DNA from: Saprolegnia diclina VS20
Lineage: Eukaryota
Reading direction: 5' to 3'
Length of the DNA: 47,405 nt
Assembly: GCF_000281045.1 (NCBI RefSeq)
Contig: NW_008246073.1
Span: forward strand, 682,693-730,097
A program made the position numbers and the translations under genes. Numbering within the stretch: the first letter of the stretch is position 1; every line of letters starts with the position of its first letter. A model generated the notes under the pieces. The model did no database searches. It saw only the letters and a list, made by a program, of their open reading frames with translations, and was not told the DNA's origin. Shown here in pieces: positions 1 to 11,632 of this stretch.

Positions 1-28
1 TGTCATGAAACAAGACGGATAATCGGAT

Positions 29-926
29 TTGTCGAGCCAGTGCAGCGAGCGTCGTGTGCGCCTATTCTCGTCGCGTTGGTGGACCAAGGTGCTGGAAGCG
101 TTTGAGCGCAAGCTGGACCAGAAAATACGCGGCCGCCTCCAGACACTCTACGACGCGTGGGACATGCATCGCTTGACGACGCTGGTGGATCGCCACGCAG
201 CCTTGGCGAGCCTCCCGTCGGTGGTCATCGCTATCATTGAAAAACTGTCTAGCGCCGAAACAACCTATGCAACTAGGTGTGTCAGAGCAAGCTCGCCCCT
301 GTGATCTCCGCAGCGCTATGGGCACGCCACTAGCGTTCTCGATTTGCACTGTTCTTGGCTCATGGGTCGCGTTTTGCCCACGAATTGATGTGCGCTAAGG
401 AACTGCTGCTGCTGGCGATGGGTACGCCTGACTTTGACAGTGTCTGGAGTGGTGTCGCGAGACGGAACAGGTTGCTCGATTGCGACACGTTGTTTTCCGG
501 GCTTTGCTCTGGACCTGCTCGCAACAAGTGATTACGTCTGGACGCGGGCAGAAGCGGTATGTATGGCCGCGACGGGGCTTGACACAATGGAGCACAAGTT
601 GGCGCGGTCTTGGATCTTGGGCGAGTTTGGCGTCGACGAAGAGCTGCCACAGCTCGTTCTCCAAGCGCTGCGAAGCTTTGTACTTTTGGACGCAGAAGGT
701 GCAGCGTCCAACCTGGTGGACCTCGTCGATGCCGAGTACGACGGCTACAGCGAAGGTGTCCGTGGTCATGGACGTGTACGTACCACTTCACGACGCTTGC
801 TTGACGTGGGGGTGGAGCGGGCTGACGATGGAGCTAGCGCAGCGGTGGCTTCCGACGGTGCGCCAGCGACACCAGCAACTAGCAGCGTTGGCGGCTACGG
901 TGCGTGCAATGGAGCCGTGGGCGTGC
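29..926 (+). CDS. Partial hypothetical gene, probably intron-containing, running into the assembly gap
   Basis: Protein-like plus-strand ORF segments at 29..304 and 434..926, with a possible GTACGC donor near 422. No family motif recognised. Confidence 0.25.
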
Positions 927-1338
927 NNNNNNNNNNNNNNNNNNNNNNNNNNNNNNNNNNNNNNNNNNNNNNNNNNNNNNNNNNNNNNNNNNNNNNNNNN
1001 NNNNNNNNNNNNNNNNNNNNNNNNNNNNNNNNNNNNNNNNNNNNNNNNNNNNNNNNNNNNNNNNNNNNNNNNNNNNNNNNNNNNNNNNNNNNNNNNNNNN
1101 NNNNNNNNNNNNNNNNNNNNNNNNNNNNNNNNNNNNNNNNNNNNNNNNNNNNNNNNNNNNNNNNNNNNNNNNNNNNNNNNNNNNNNNNNNNNNNNNNNNN
1201 NNNNNNNNNNNNNNNNNNNNNNNNNNNNNNNNNNNNNNNNNNNNNNNNNNNNNNNNNNNNNNNNNNNNNNNNNNNNNNNNNNNNNNNNNNNNNNNNNNNN
1301 NNNNNNNNNNNNNNNNNNNNNNNNNNNNNNNNNNNNNN
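927..1338. other. Assembly gap (412 N)
   Basis: Run of N from 927 to 1338. Confidence 0.99.
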
Positions 1339-1464
1339 GTCAAAACCCACAGCTACAATGACTCGCCAACGTTGTCGTGCATCATCACCACCAACGACGC
1401 AACAGCACCACGTATCGTCGAGTGATGCATTCACTACTCGTTTGAATATTGTCATGGCGCTAGA

Positions 1465-2998
1465 CTACTCGGCAGCGACCGGGGCGCTCACAAACGAAGC
1501 GACGGCAGCGGCGATCTCGCGGCGCGCCCAGCGCATGTGGCCCGAGTCAGTCGTTGCGTTGGGCGCGTGCATATCGGCGCAGTGGGCCGTGCCTTCGATG
1601 AAGATCGGGCGCGCCGACTTGGTGTTCATGTGCGTTGCGTTTTGGACGGCGAGCGCATGCCACGGGTCGATGGTGCCGCTGGGAAAGACGACGTGGTCGA
1701 CCGTTATGTCGAGCGACCCGTAGCCAACGTTGGTGCCGAGCGTGTCTGGGTGCGCGTTGATCTGGAAGACGCGCTTGCACACTTCGAGGCCGACGTTCTG
1801 GAGCGTCTGCGTTTTGAGCGGCCAGAACGGCGACTGGTTCGACTCGGCGGTTTGAAAGTACCCAAACTCGTTGCACGTCTGGTAAAACCATTGGCGGCTC
1901 GAGCTCGTGCCATCAAACTTGGTTTCGCTGAGCACCTCGATTGTGCCGTTGGCCGTGCCTTCAAAGTTCGAGTCGAGACACGGCTTGGTCGACGCTGTCT
2001 TGACAAACGCGACGAGCTGCGCGAGCGAGTCGTTGCCCTTTGCAAAGATGTTGCAGACGTCCGTGAGCGTCGGGCCCGCGTAAATCGCATTGTACTGGGA
2101 CACGCCCTGGAAGAGCGACATGACGGACGACTCAAACACTGAGTCGTCAAACTCGTTCTTCATCGGCGCGCACGGGTGGAAGAGTTCGTTGAGCTTTTGC
2201 CGACCTTCGCGGCCGCCGTCGAGAAGGCTGTGGAGGGCCACCATGGCCTGCTCGACCGCGCGGTAGCACTCGCCACCGCCAAAGTACCGAAGACCGTTCC
2301 CGACAACTTCCATGTACTCGGGAAAGTTCTCTTTGGCCCAGAGCGGCGCCGAGCTTGCGACGCTGCCGGCGACGAGCGACGGGTACTTCAGCTTGAACCA
2401 CGCAGCGAGCGCACCCGGATAGCTGCCGCCGAACGCGACCCACTTGCTTCGGCCGAGGCCGTAGACGCCCGTGAGGTAGTGGTGGATGCGAGCGAGGTCA
2501 AAGAGCGCCTGAGAAACTACATGAGCAAGGGGCGTGCGAAGCCAAACAAAGTACCTGCTGGCTCGAGAGGTACTGCAAATTCGTCGTACTCATGTCGGGC
2601 GTCGGGTACGACTTGCCATAGAAGCGGTGCTCGACCGCCACCATGAGCGCACGGTGCGACTTGGCGAGCGTGTAAATGTAGTTGCGGCTCGAGAGCGCCG
2701 ACGCCGAGAGCGGGCCTTCACCGCCAATGTACAGAAAGACCGGGTAGCCCTCACCCGCCCAGAACTCGTCGTTCACAAAGTAGCGCTGGTTCCAGTGCTT
2801 GCGCGCCGCGACGGGCGCAAAGTGGTCGAGGACCGCCTCGGTGTAGTTGTGCTCGGTCACGGCCGGGATCCAGTTGTTGTCCGGGTCGTACTGGATGTGA
2901 TGGGCGTGGCCGCGGAAGCTCTCGAGGTGGTGGCGCGTCGCATCAACCGATGTGAGCGCGCAGAGGATGCTCAGCGCGAGAACTGAGAGGCAGGCCAT
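1465..2998 (-). CDS. Secreted serine peptidase, family S28 (prolylcarboxypeptidase / thymus-specific serine protease-like); 2 exons, intron 2509..2554, about 495 aa
   Basis: Signal-peptide-like start MACLSVLALSILCALTSVDA, then LDHF, QRYFVN, YIGGEG, EHRFYGKS and YLSSQQAL across the intron. Nucleophile motif GGSYPG, RQWFYQTCNEFGYFQT, DPW (Asp) and AHCAD (His). The GT..CAG intron joins both exons in frame. Confidence 0.93.
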
Positions 2999-3995
2999 GT
3001 CGTTGTCGTCTTGCCGATCGCCAAATGACACTCATGACCTCGCCCGGCTCCAACTCAATGAAAAGTGCAATTGAGTCTCGATACTAAGTGCTTGTATACT
3101 CTGGGGGCAACATTGAGTTTGAACGCGACCGATTGGCCAGCTGCGTTGAAGTAGCCAAGCGACCATGTGGTACGGATGGCAGCGATCTTTCCGGCGCGTT
3201 GCCACCACACGTTTGACCGACGACCGGACAAGCGCTATACTACGGAGCTGCGTCGGACGAGTGACGTGGTGATGACTCAGTAGCATGTTCGATGCTTTTT
3301 TCAAATCGGAAAACGGCGTTGAGACGCCGTGGACGTCACCGTTGAATATCCATTCCAATTTGGCTTCGACTCAGTTCACGCACCTTCCAGTGCACCTTCC
3401 ACACATTCTGGAGTCAACGCGCGACCGCTCACCATACGGGGTTTTGAGATTGAGTTTGGAGGTCGCGGGCGATGATCCGAGTGTGCTGTCCGTTGAGCCC
3501 TGCGCTGAGAAATGACACAATGCGGAGGCATCCGAGGATCGAGGATGACTGCATGCTACCACACTCTGCCAGACTCGGCCAACGTCACTTCTCGTCGACC
3601 AGTATGCGCTCCATCGAAATGCTGCTCCACACGCAGGTGCGCGGCTCGAAGCCCATCGCCGTTGAGGTCGTGCTGACGTTGCATGGAGCCAACCTGCTAT
3701 ACACGAGTCGCGCTATGTGAAGCGCTGCTGCCCAAGCTCTCGATGGTTCGTATCGGTCGGAGCTGGTGATTTGCGCCGATGACGCGAGGCCACGTGATTT
3801 CAACGCGGGCGCGTAAATTTGGCTATGCGTGGTATATATGGCTGCTATTTGGTTATTTGTGGCAGTGTGGTCTGTTGCGATCTTGCCGCATCCGGATACG
3901 GCGGCACTTGAACTTGGGGTGTTGAGTAAACTGCTGTGTCGAGTCGAACTGGCGGCGGATCCTCGGACGCACTTCTCAATCTCGCACCTCGCAGC

Positions 3996-5183
3996 ATGAG
4001 CAACATCTTTGTCGTCGCGGCCAAGCGCACGCCCTTTGGCGCCTTTGGCGGCAAGTTCAAGTCGGTCTCGGCCACGGACCTCTGTGCGCACGCGACCAAG
4101 GCGGCGCTGCAGTCGGCCAACCTCGACCCGAAGCTCGTTGACACGGTCATTGTCGGCAACGTTGCTCAGACGTCCAAGGACGCTGCGTACATTGCGCGCC
4201 ACGTCCAGCTCAAGGCGGGCATGTCGATTGAGAAGCCGGCGCTCACGATCAACCGCCTCTGCGGCTCGGGCTTCCAGAGCATCATCAACGGCATGCAGGA
4301 GATCCAGCTCGGCGACGCGTCGATCGCGGTCTGCGGCGGCGCGGAAAACATGTCGCAGGCGCCGCTCGTGGCCTATGGCGACAAGGCGCGCTTCGGCGTC
4401 GGTCTCGGCGCGGGCTTAAACCTCGAGGACTCGCTCTGGTCGGCGCTCACCGACTCGTACGCCAAGTGCGCGATGGGTATCACGGCCGAGAACCTCGGCG
4501 CCAAGTTTGACATTACGCGCGAGCAGTGCGACGAGTTTGCACTGCGCTCGCAGACGCTCTGGGCCAAGGCCAACGAGGCCGGCGTCTTCAAGGACGAGAT
4601 GGCGCCCTTCGAGATCAAGGTCAAGGGCAAGATGGAGACGGTCGACACGGACGAGCACCCGCGTGGCACGACGCTCGAGAAGCTCGCCAAGCTCAAGCCC
4701 GTCTTTAAGGAAAACGGCCTCGTCTCGGCCGGTAACGCGTCGGGTATCTCGGACGGCGCCGGTTCGGTCGTCCTCGCCAGCGAGGAGGCGGTCAAGAAGT
4801 ACGGCCTCAAGCCGCTTGCGCGCGTCGTCTCGTACGGCGTCGTCGGCGTCGACCCGTCCATCATGGGCATCGGCCCGGTCCCGGCCATTGAGCAGGCGCT
4901 CAAGCGCGCCAACTTGAAGTTCGACGACATTGGCCTCGTCGAAATCAACGAGGCGTTTGCGGCCCAGTACCTCTCGTGCATGAAGGCGCTCGGCGCCGAC
5001 CCGGAGAAGGGCAACCTCAACGGCGGTGCCATCGCGCTTGGCCACCCGCTCGGCGCGTCCGGCTCGCGCATCATGGCACACCTCACGCACGCGCTCCCGC
5101 GTTCGGGCTCCAAGTACGGCATTGGCGCGGCTTGCATTGGCGGCGGCCAGGGCATTGCCATCATCTTGGAAAACGTCCAGTAA
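3996..5183 (+). CDS. 3-ketoacyl-CoA thiolase (acetyl-CoA C-acyltransferase, ACAA2-like)
   Basis: AAKRTPFGAFGG, INRLCGSGFQS (catalytic Cys), GGAENMSQAP, NASGISDGA, EINEAFAAQ, GGAIALGHPLGASG, ACIGGGQG. Strong codon bias. First in-frame ATG is at 3996. Confidence 0.96.
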   Translation: MSNIFVVAAKRTPFGAFGGKFKSVSATDLCAHATKAALQSANLDPKLVDTVIVGNVAQTSKDAAYIARHVQLKAGMSIEKPALTINRLCGSGFQSIINGMQEIQLGDASIAVCGGAENMSQAPLVAYGDKARFGVGLGAGLNLEDSLWSALTDSYAKCAMGITAENLGAKFDITREQCDEFALRSQTLWAKANEAGVFKDEMAPFEIKVKGKMETVDTDEHPRGTTLEKLAKLKPVFKENGLVSAGNASGISDGAGSVVLASEEAVKKYGLKPLARVVSYGVVGVDPSIMGIGPVPAIEQALKRANLKFDDIGLVEINEAFAAQYLSCMKALGADPEKGNLNGGAIALGHPLGASGSRIMAHLTHALPRSGSKYGIGAACIGGGQGIAIILENVQ

Positions 5184-5576
5184 ATCCATGTCTTGTATAC
5201 GCTTGCCGATCGCAGCATGTGGTGGGATCCAGTGGGCTGGCGCGTGGCTAGTTCGTAGCAGTGGTCGGCAAAGACTATCACACTCTACGTCAATACCGGC
5301 ATCTTGATAGCGCAGAGGGGACGTCCGAAACCAAGTGCATCACGGCGGAACAGCGACGACATCAGGGACCAAAGCCGAAGTAAAGGTGCTGCACCGGCTT
5401 TCGTGTTGCAGAATTGTTGCTTCCGTGTCTGTCTCAACGTGGCATTATTGTTCTGTTGGGATTATGTATCAAGGTTTCAGTTCGGTTTCATGTTTCCAGT
5501 CGACAGGTTGTAGTCAAACATTCCGCTATTCTTGGCGCTGTTCGGGCGAAAGGGAGCCGACCAGGGTGCCGACGGC

Positions 5577-8215
5577 ATGAACGCAACGCCGTGCGCTTGC
5601 TCACGGTCGACCGCCGCCGGCTTCTCAACGACCGTTTGCTGCGCGGCGCTCATTCGCAGCTCGGCGTGGTCGTGCTGCGGCCAAGCCTACTATCACTACA
5701 TTGCACCGAGCCTCCTCTGGGCTGTCTTTCTTGGCTTGACGATATATGCCCAGCTGCGCCACGATCTCTTTCGCGACTTTGGCCGGTCCGCCCACGAGCT
5801 CCACGACATTCAAACCCAAGGTACCTCCCTCCCAGCAAGCCGTGGTGCTCAGTGGATGCAATAGCGCTTGGCGTCGTCGTCGCAAGACGGAAACGAGTCA
5901 TATTTGGCAAGCCCGTGCACGACCCGCGGCGCGGTCTCATGCTCGGCGCCATGTGGGTCGAGTTGGGTGGGTTCAGCTACTGCCCGCTACAACTGCTCCA
6001 GTACCAGCTCTGGGCTGGCTCGCAGATCGGCCACTTGAATGGCGACCTCCAAGTCGCGCTCTTCACCGTCTTGATATGCCTCTTGCTGCTGTCATCCCTT
6101 CCGTCACAGGGCGAGCACCACCGCTGGGACCGTCCGCTCAAAGTATCTCGGTCGTTCCTCTTTGACTTTGGCTTTATGACGTTTGTGTTTACGACGCTGA
6201 ACGTCGCGGGCTGCACCAACGGCGTCGACGACGTGCGTCTCGGGTCGAGCCTCACGTGCGCGAGCCCGTTGACGTACTGGATCGTGCTCCCGCTCGGGAT
6301 CGCTGTCTTTGGCTGGCTCTACTACAGTACGCGTCCTTCTTCTTACATAGTCGTTGATGCACCCATTAGGCACATTATTGTACAAGAAACAGCTCGCCTC
6401 GGATGTCTACGCCGTGAGCTTTCGCTTCCAACCATCGTTCGATGCAATCATGGCCGTCACGCGCACGCGTACGTCCAGTGAACTGCGGTTGCAACTCAAA
6501 ATGAGCACATCTAGTCGGTGGGTTGAGCCTCTTTACGGTTGAAAAATGTCTCCTCGTGCTCGACGCGTGGTGCGTCTCGGTCGTGCTGAGTCTTTTGTAC
6601 CTCGTGTACTTTGGCGCGCTCCTCCGGCACAACTACAAGTGCCAACCCGTACGTGGTTGGATATCATTTTGATCCATTTTCATATGTTTCCTAGTGCTTA
6701 GGGGTCGGATATTTCCCCAACAACTTGCGCGCCGTGTCTTTTGCAACGTCGTGCTATACGGCCATCGTGCTCCTCCTTGTGTCGCTCATCCAGCTCTATC
6801 GACACCACGAAGGTGCCGATACGCCCGAGTGGACGCTCGTGCTTCTTGCGCTCGGCGCGTACCCTGGCGTGGTGATTTTCATCTGGCGCTGGAATGGCCG
6901 ACGCGCACGTATGTTTCAAGTGCCGAATGTACCGCTGCTCGACGGGCTTGCGCACGAGACGGACCGTGTCCGCGCGATCGCTGCCGTCAGCGTCACGCTC
7001 GAGATTGGCACGCGCGACCCCGCGACGCTGAAAGCCATCATCTTGGCGCTGGACGCGACGCTCCGTCGGCACGATATGGTGGTGGCGCCGGCGTATGCGT
7101 GCCAAGCACTGTGGTTTCTGTGGCAGAGCCATTTTGACCTTGTCGACAGCATCTCGGAGAGTACGTCCGACCCGATCGTGCCGTCGGGTGCGTGGGCACG
7201 CCTTCTGGGGCAAGTTGCAAGCCGGGGAAGCATTCTCAATGCCAGCGGCAGGTTGCAGGTGGCGCATACCCAGTCCAGGCGGCGGCTCAGTACGATTCGA
7301 CTGGGATCCGTGAGCAGCTCTGTGCTCATTGAACTGGTCGAAAAGTCGCTGGACGTCACCCCGGCTTTCCCAGGCGCCTCGCCAAACCGGATCACGGCCG
7401 ACCTCGACGTATTTGCATGCTTCGAACACGTCCTTGCCAAGCTCGCAGACCTCACGTGGAGCGCGTCGCGCGACGCACGGTTCCTTGCGAGCAAGGTGCT
7501 CCACGAGATGTACCAGGCAAACGTCGTTCGACTCGGGGCACGCACCTTCTTTCGCATGGCGGTGGCGCTCACGACCGTGCCACTGCATGCCAAGGCATAT
7601 GCCGCCGCCAAGACACTTGCCAAGCTCTCGCGAAGCCACAGTGACGGCTGGATCGCGTGGCTCGTCGCTGACGACGCGCATACCCTTGGGACGCTTGTCG
7701 ATGCGCTGCGACTGCACGTCGACGACGTGGATTTCTTGCAAGAGCTCCTGCCGTTTCTGCTCCGCGTGCTCCGAACCCTCTTGACGCTCGGCATGAAAGG
7801 CCCCAATCCGACTACGTACATTTCAAAGTCGGTGGCCGCGACGTTGCTCGAGCTCCACTTCGCGCCGCTCCCGACCGAGATTGCTATCCTCGTCGACGAT
7901 GTGCTCTTTGCGCTGCTTCAAGTTTGGGACAGTCGAAAACCATCGGCCAACACGGGGCGGCGGTCGTCCAAAGCCCGCATCCTCCCGGGCATGAGCGGCG
8001 GGCGACGGCTCTCACGGGCCCGTATCCTTCCCGGCAGCAGCATTGGACGGTCATCCGAAGTGGTCCACGCGCCTTTACTAAGTGCAGCGCAGCTCCAGTC
8101 TCTCTACGACCGCAATGGCATGCGAACGTCCGTAAATGGCGGGCGGACGCTGCACCACAAACCGTCCAGTGCGTGGATAGCGGGAAAGTCCGACGACACC
8201 TCGTCGAAGAATTAG
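5577..8215 (+). CDS. Hypothetical multi-pass membrane protein with a helical (ARM/HEAT-like) C-terminal region; multi-exon, start uncertain
   Basis: Hydrophobic exons join through short GT..TAG introns (5821..5864 gives QTQ-ALGVVV; others near 6327..6369 and 6649..6694). These lead into the Leu-rich ORF 6725..8215. Confidence 0.6.
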
Positions 8216-8709
8216 ACGCTGTTGCAGTATACATGCAGAACCTTACCGTGCCACACCGGCGTAGTCTTCTACTGGCGCGAATACCGTGACGAGGTGGCGA
8301 GATGCATCGAGATTCGACGATGGCTGCTTCGTCAGCAGGACGACAGTGCAGCACCGATGGAATGACGTATGTTGCATTGAAGACGCTAGCCGTGGACTAC
8401 ACCGTTGTCTTCTCGAGAGCACATGCCCCCATGTCGACGTGACGCGCCCGTTGTGTCCTGTCTTGTGCTCTGCTGGAGCTTTTGCAATCTTCTGCCACCG
8501 GGATTTCTCCGGCAAGTCGGTTACAACGCGTATTTTTCGCCAAATGAAAAAGCGCTCGCTGCCACTCCTTTGTTTTCTATGTCGCGTATGAAACCAAGTG
8601 GACGGGTTGAGACTACAGCATACAAAGGCCAAGTGCAAGCGCATGTCGCAGCTTCACACTCAAGTGGGTTCTGTTTCCGTTCAAGTTGACATCCATATAG
8701 GCCAGCCGG

Positions 8710-9826
8710 ATGACCAACCACGGTACGTGCTGCAGACCGTCGCCTCTTGCTCATGCTCGCCATGTAGGAGACAAGGCGGCGCCCGCCGTGTGGTGGCACG
8801 CGCCGGCCATCGACTTTGTCGCGGGCTCGATCGGTGGCTTTGCCGCCAAGTTTGTCGAGTTTCCCTTCGACACGATCAAGGTACATCGTCGCCGTCAACC
8901 GATCCACGACACTACTATCGCACGAGTAGGTCCAGCTGCAGACGAGTCCCGAAGCTGGTCGCGTGAGCGCGCTACGTCAAGTGCAGACGCTCGTGGTCAA
9001 CGAAGGCCCGTCCGCACTGTACCGCGGGCTGCCGTTGCCGCTCGCTGGCACGGTCATGGAGAGCGCGTGCTTGTTTACGACGATGGGCCAAGTCAAGAAT
9101 GCCTTGTACGGGCCCGACGCGCACGACTTGCGGCCGTCCCAGGTTGGCCTCGCGGGTGGGATCACGGGCTTCTTCATCTCGTTCCTCTTGAACCCGATCG
9201 AGCTCATCAAGTGCCGCATGCAAGTGTCGACGCTGAGTCACAAGGCCACGTACCGCAATACGGGCGACTGCATCGCGTCGTCGATTCGGCACGAAGGCGT
9301 CGGCGTCTTTTGTACGGGCGCATAGTTGCGTGCGATTAGCTTTCTCATGCGTATGGTTAGATCGAGGCTTTGGCTCGACGCTGCTCCGCGAAGTCCCGGG
9401 CACCGCCGCGTGGTTTACGACGTACGAGACGACGCTGCAGGTATTTGCGCTTGCATTGCCGATGGCGATTGCTAAGTCGCGTGTTTCTAGTACCTCCGTC
9501 GCACCAAGCACGACGAGTCGCCGTGGGACGTGATCTTGGCCGGCGCCATGAGCGGTATGGCGTACAACGTCGCGTTCTACCCCGCCGACACGATCAAGTC
9601 GTACATCCAGACACACTCGTGCGCCAAAATGAGCATTCCGAGCGTTGCGCGGGATATTTTTCAACAGAACGGCCTCGTCGGCTTCTACCGCGGTCTCCTT
9701 CCGACCATCTTGCGTGCGGTACCTGCCAACGCCGTCCTCTTCTACTGCTTCGAAGGCGTCAAGACAACGTGCCACAACGCGATCCACGAGCCTCGGCATG
9801 CGATGGCTCTCGGCCAAGCGCCGTGA
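8710..9826 (+). CDS. Mitochondrial carrier (SLC25), ornithine/basic amino acid/carnitine subgroup; multi-exon
   Basis: Three PX[DE]XXK signatures (PFDTIK, PIELIK, PADTIK) and EGxxxLYRG / GLVGFYRG motifs. Substrate-contact segments ESACLF, REVPG and RAVPAN resemble ORNT1/ORT1-type carriers. Intron 8881..8929 is in frame. Confidence 0.9.
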
Positions 9827-10209
9827 TTGACACCCGAACTACTACCAGTAAACTAGATCCACCTACTTTTTGCGCGACTCTGGTACATCTACGATCGCTC
9901 TCGAACATGTCCCTTGCGAGACGAAGGCCCAACGTGCCAAATCGCGCCTTCAACTGCAATCTGGACCGCTCCCACGATCCGGTGCTGGATAAAAACACGC
10001 CTCGTAACGTACAGAGACGACCTAGGAAGGTGCATGTACTGCCACTGGAAGCACAGGGACATGCATCGCAACATCGATGGGCGCTTGTGCGACCACGACC
10101 GAACCGCGCCGAAAACGCATGAAAGCTTCAAGTTGCGTGTATGTATCCAACCCTGCAGTATGAATACCAATAGAATATCGAGTTTGACAGTATTTGCGCA
10201 AGTGGCAGC

Positions 10210-10817
10210 ATGACCAGCAACGAGCCGAGCGACGCGGCGCCGATCGACGTCGACACGCTCAAGTACGTTGCCGGAACAGTCTGCGCGGGCGTCTTTGGCG
10301 GTGGCTTTTACCTCGGCGTCCGCCGGCAAAAGACCCACGCTGCCGAGCTCGCGGTTCTCGAGAGCAAGGAAGCGGCCGAGAAGCTTGCGTCAGGCGAGCC
10401 GATGGCGCCCAAGCCGAAGGTCTTCTCGTGGTGGGAGCGCGCGCTGGGCGTAAACAAGCCTCACACGCCGGGCGGCGCCGCAGCCAAGGCGCTCCTTGGT
10501 ACCCTGCTCTTTGGGTACGGAGAGCTCATGCATGGTGGCTAGGTGGTACGATCCTCGCTGTCGTCGGCTCCACTGTCTTCTTCTCGGTGCTGGTCAACGT
10601 GGCCGATGAAGAGGCGCTGCACAAGTTTAGCTCCAAGATGACGCGCGTCTTCCCGCCGCTGCGCCATGGCGTCATTCGTATCTTTGGCATAACGCCGCAG
10701 GCCGGCCCGACGCCGGAAGCGCTCGCCCAAGAAGACCGCGAGTGGGCCGAGATGGAGCTCGAGATGGAGGCGATTGCGGCCGCCCCTCGCATCGACCCCA
10801 AGGCAGCAAATGAATAG
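10210..10817 (+). CDS. Small two-TM protein, TMEM242/AIM11-like (tentative); intron 10499..10542
   Basis: TM1 YVAGTVCAGVFGGGFYLGV. The spliced segment AAKALLGGTILAVVGSTVFFSV followed by EALHKFSSKMTRVFP resembles the TMEM242 layout, recognised by eye only. Confidence 0.6.
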
Positions 10818-10918
10818 ACTACTACAATATGCATTCTCCTTCATTCGATGCAGGTGGGAGTCGTCAAGACAACGACTCTAACTCTATAGGACGGCCTCGG
10901 CGCTGCGAGGTCGAGGCT

Positions 10919-11473
10919 TTACGCAGCGTCATCTTCGATCTCGACGGCAACGATCTCGTCGTCGAGGACGCGGACGCGCACGTTGCCATCGTCGACGTGC
11001 TTCTTGATCGTGCGCCATTCCGGCGTCTTCTTTTGCACTTGAAGCGACTCGATCATGTCACCCGACTCGTCGTCGAGGAGGCTCAAGTAGCCGTCGGCGT
11101 CCATGCCCACACAGCTGTATGTGCGCTCGACCGGCGCCGGCGTGGGCTCGCCGCCATTCTCGCCCGACGAGCCCAAGAGCTGCTCGTGGAGCTTCAAGAG
11201 CCGCTTCTTGTGCTTGGTGCCAACGACGCCGAATGGCATTGCGAGCGCGTCCTTCACGAGCAAGAGCACGTCTTCTTCAGCGGGAAAGAGCTGCACGTAG
11301 AGGCGGACGGTGTCGAGGAGCCGCTGCTGCGGCAGCTCGGCGAGGCGCGCGCTCTGGTTGCGGAAGAAGAACTTGCGCAGCTTGGCGACCTCCGACTTCC
11401 ATTTCGAGCGCTTCCCATTCGGGTCCACAAAGCCTTGCGCCGTCGTCCAGAAGAGATCAATGCGCTCGTCCAT
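10919..11473 (-). CDS. Hypothetical 184-aa protein with a C-terminal eIF5A-like OB/S1 domain and no hypusine domain
   Basis: Clean, codon-biased ORF. The C-terminus RTYSCVGMDADGYLSLLDDESGDMIESLQV...TIKKHVDDG resembles the eIF5A C-terminal domain (DGYLSL...GEVREDL). KTGKHGHAK is absent. Confidence 0.75.
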   Translation of the reverse strand: MDERIDLFWTTAQGFVDPNGKRSKWKSEVAKLRKFFFRNQSARLAELPQQRLLDTVRLYVQLFPAEEDVLLLVKDALAMPFGVVGTKHKKRLLKLHEQLLGSSGENGGEPTPAPVERTYSCVGMDADGYLSLLDDESGDMIESLQVQKKTPEWRTIKKHVDDGNVRVRVLDDEIVAVEIEDDAA

Positions 11474-11632
11474 GCCTGCCCAATACCGATATGCCCCGGG
11501 GTGCCAAACGTTGTTTAAGACCTATACTCTACCTTGATTGTGTACACCGGGGTACGCATCGCGTGAAACAACGTTAAACGAGTAAAACGTACTCTGCGTT
11601 TGCCTGCCAACAAGCACACAAGGAAGAGCAGC

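Noticed and set aside
879..1723. Long ORFs spanning the N run
   Set aside because: Artefacts of translating the assembly gap.
3100..3990. ORFs and a GGTTCG-like motif in the S28-thiolase divergent spacer
   Set aside because: No tRNA cloverleaf and no protein-like ORF. An INR/FPR-like GCACTTCTCAATCT near 3969 is plausible but too degenerate to call.
4373..5281. Long antisense ORFs over thiolase, and similar ones such as 21646..23442, 35725..37185 and 31792..32817
   Set aside because: Shadow ORFs caused by high GC3 codon bias in the real gene on the opposite strand; no protein motifs.
9907..10122. Small plus-strand ORF (MSLARRRPNVPN...) between the carrier and the TMEM242-like gene
   Set aside because: No recognisable motif and weak codon bias; cannot be told apart from intergenic sequence.
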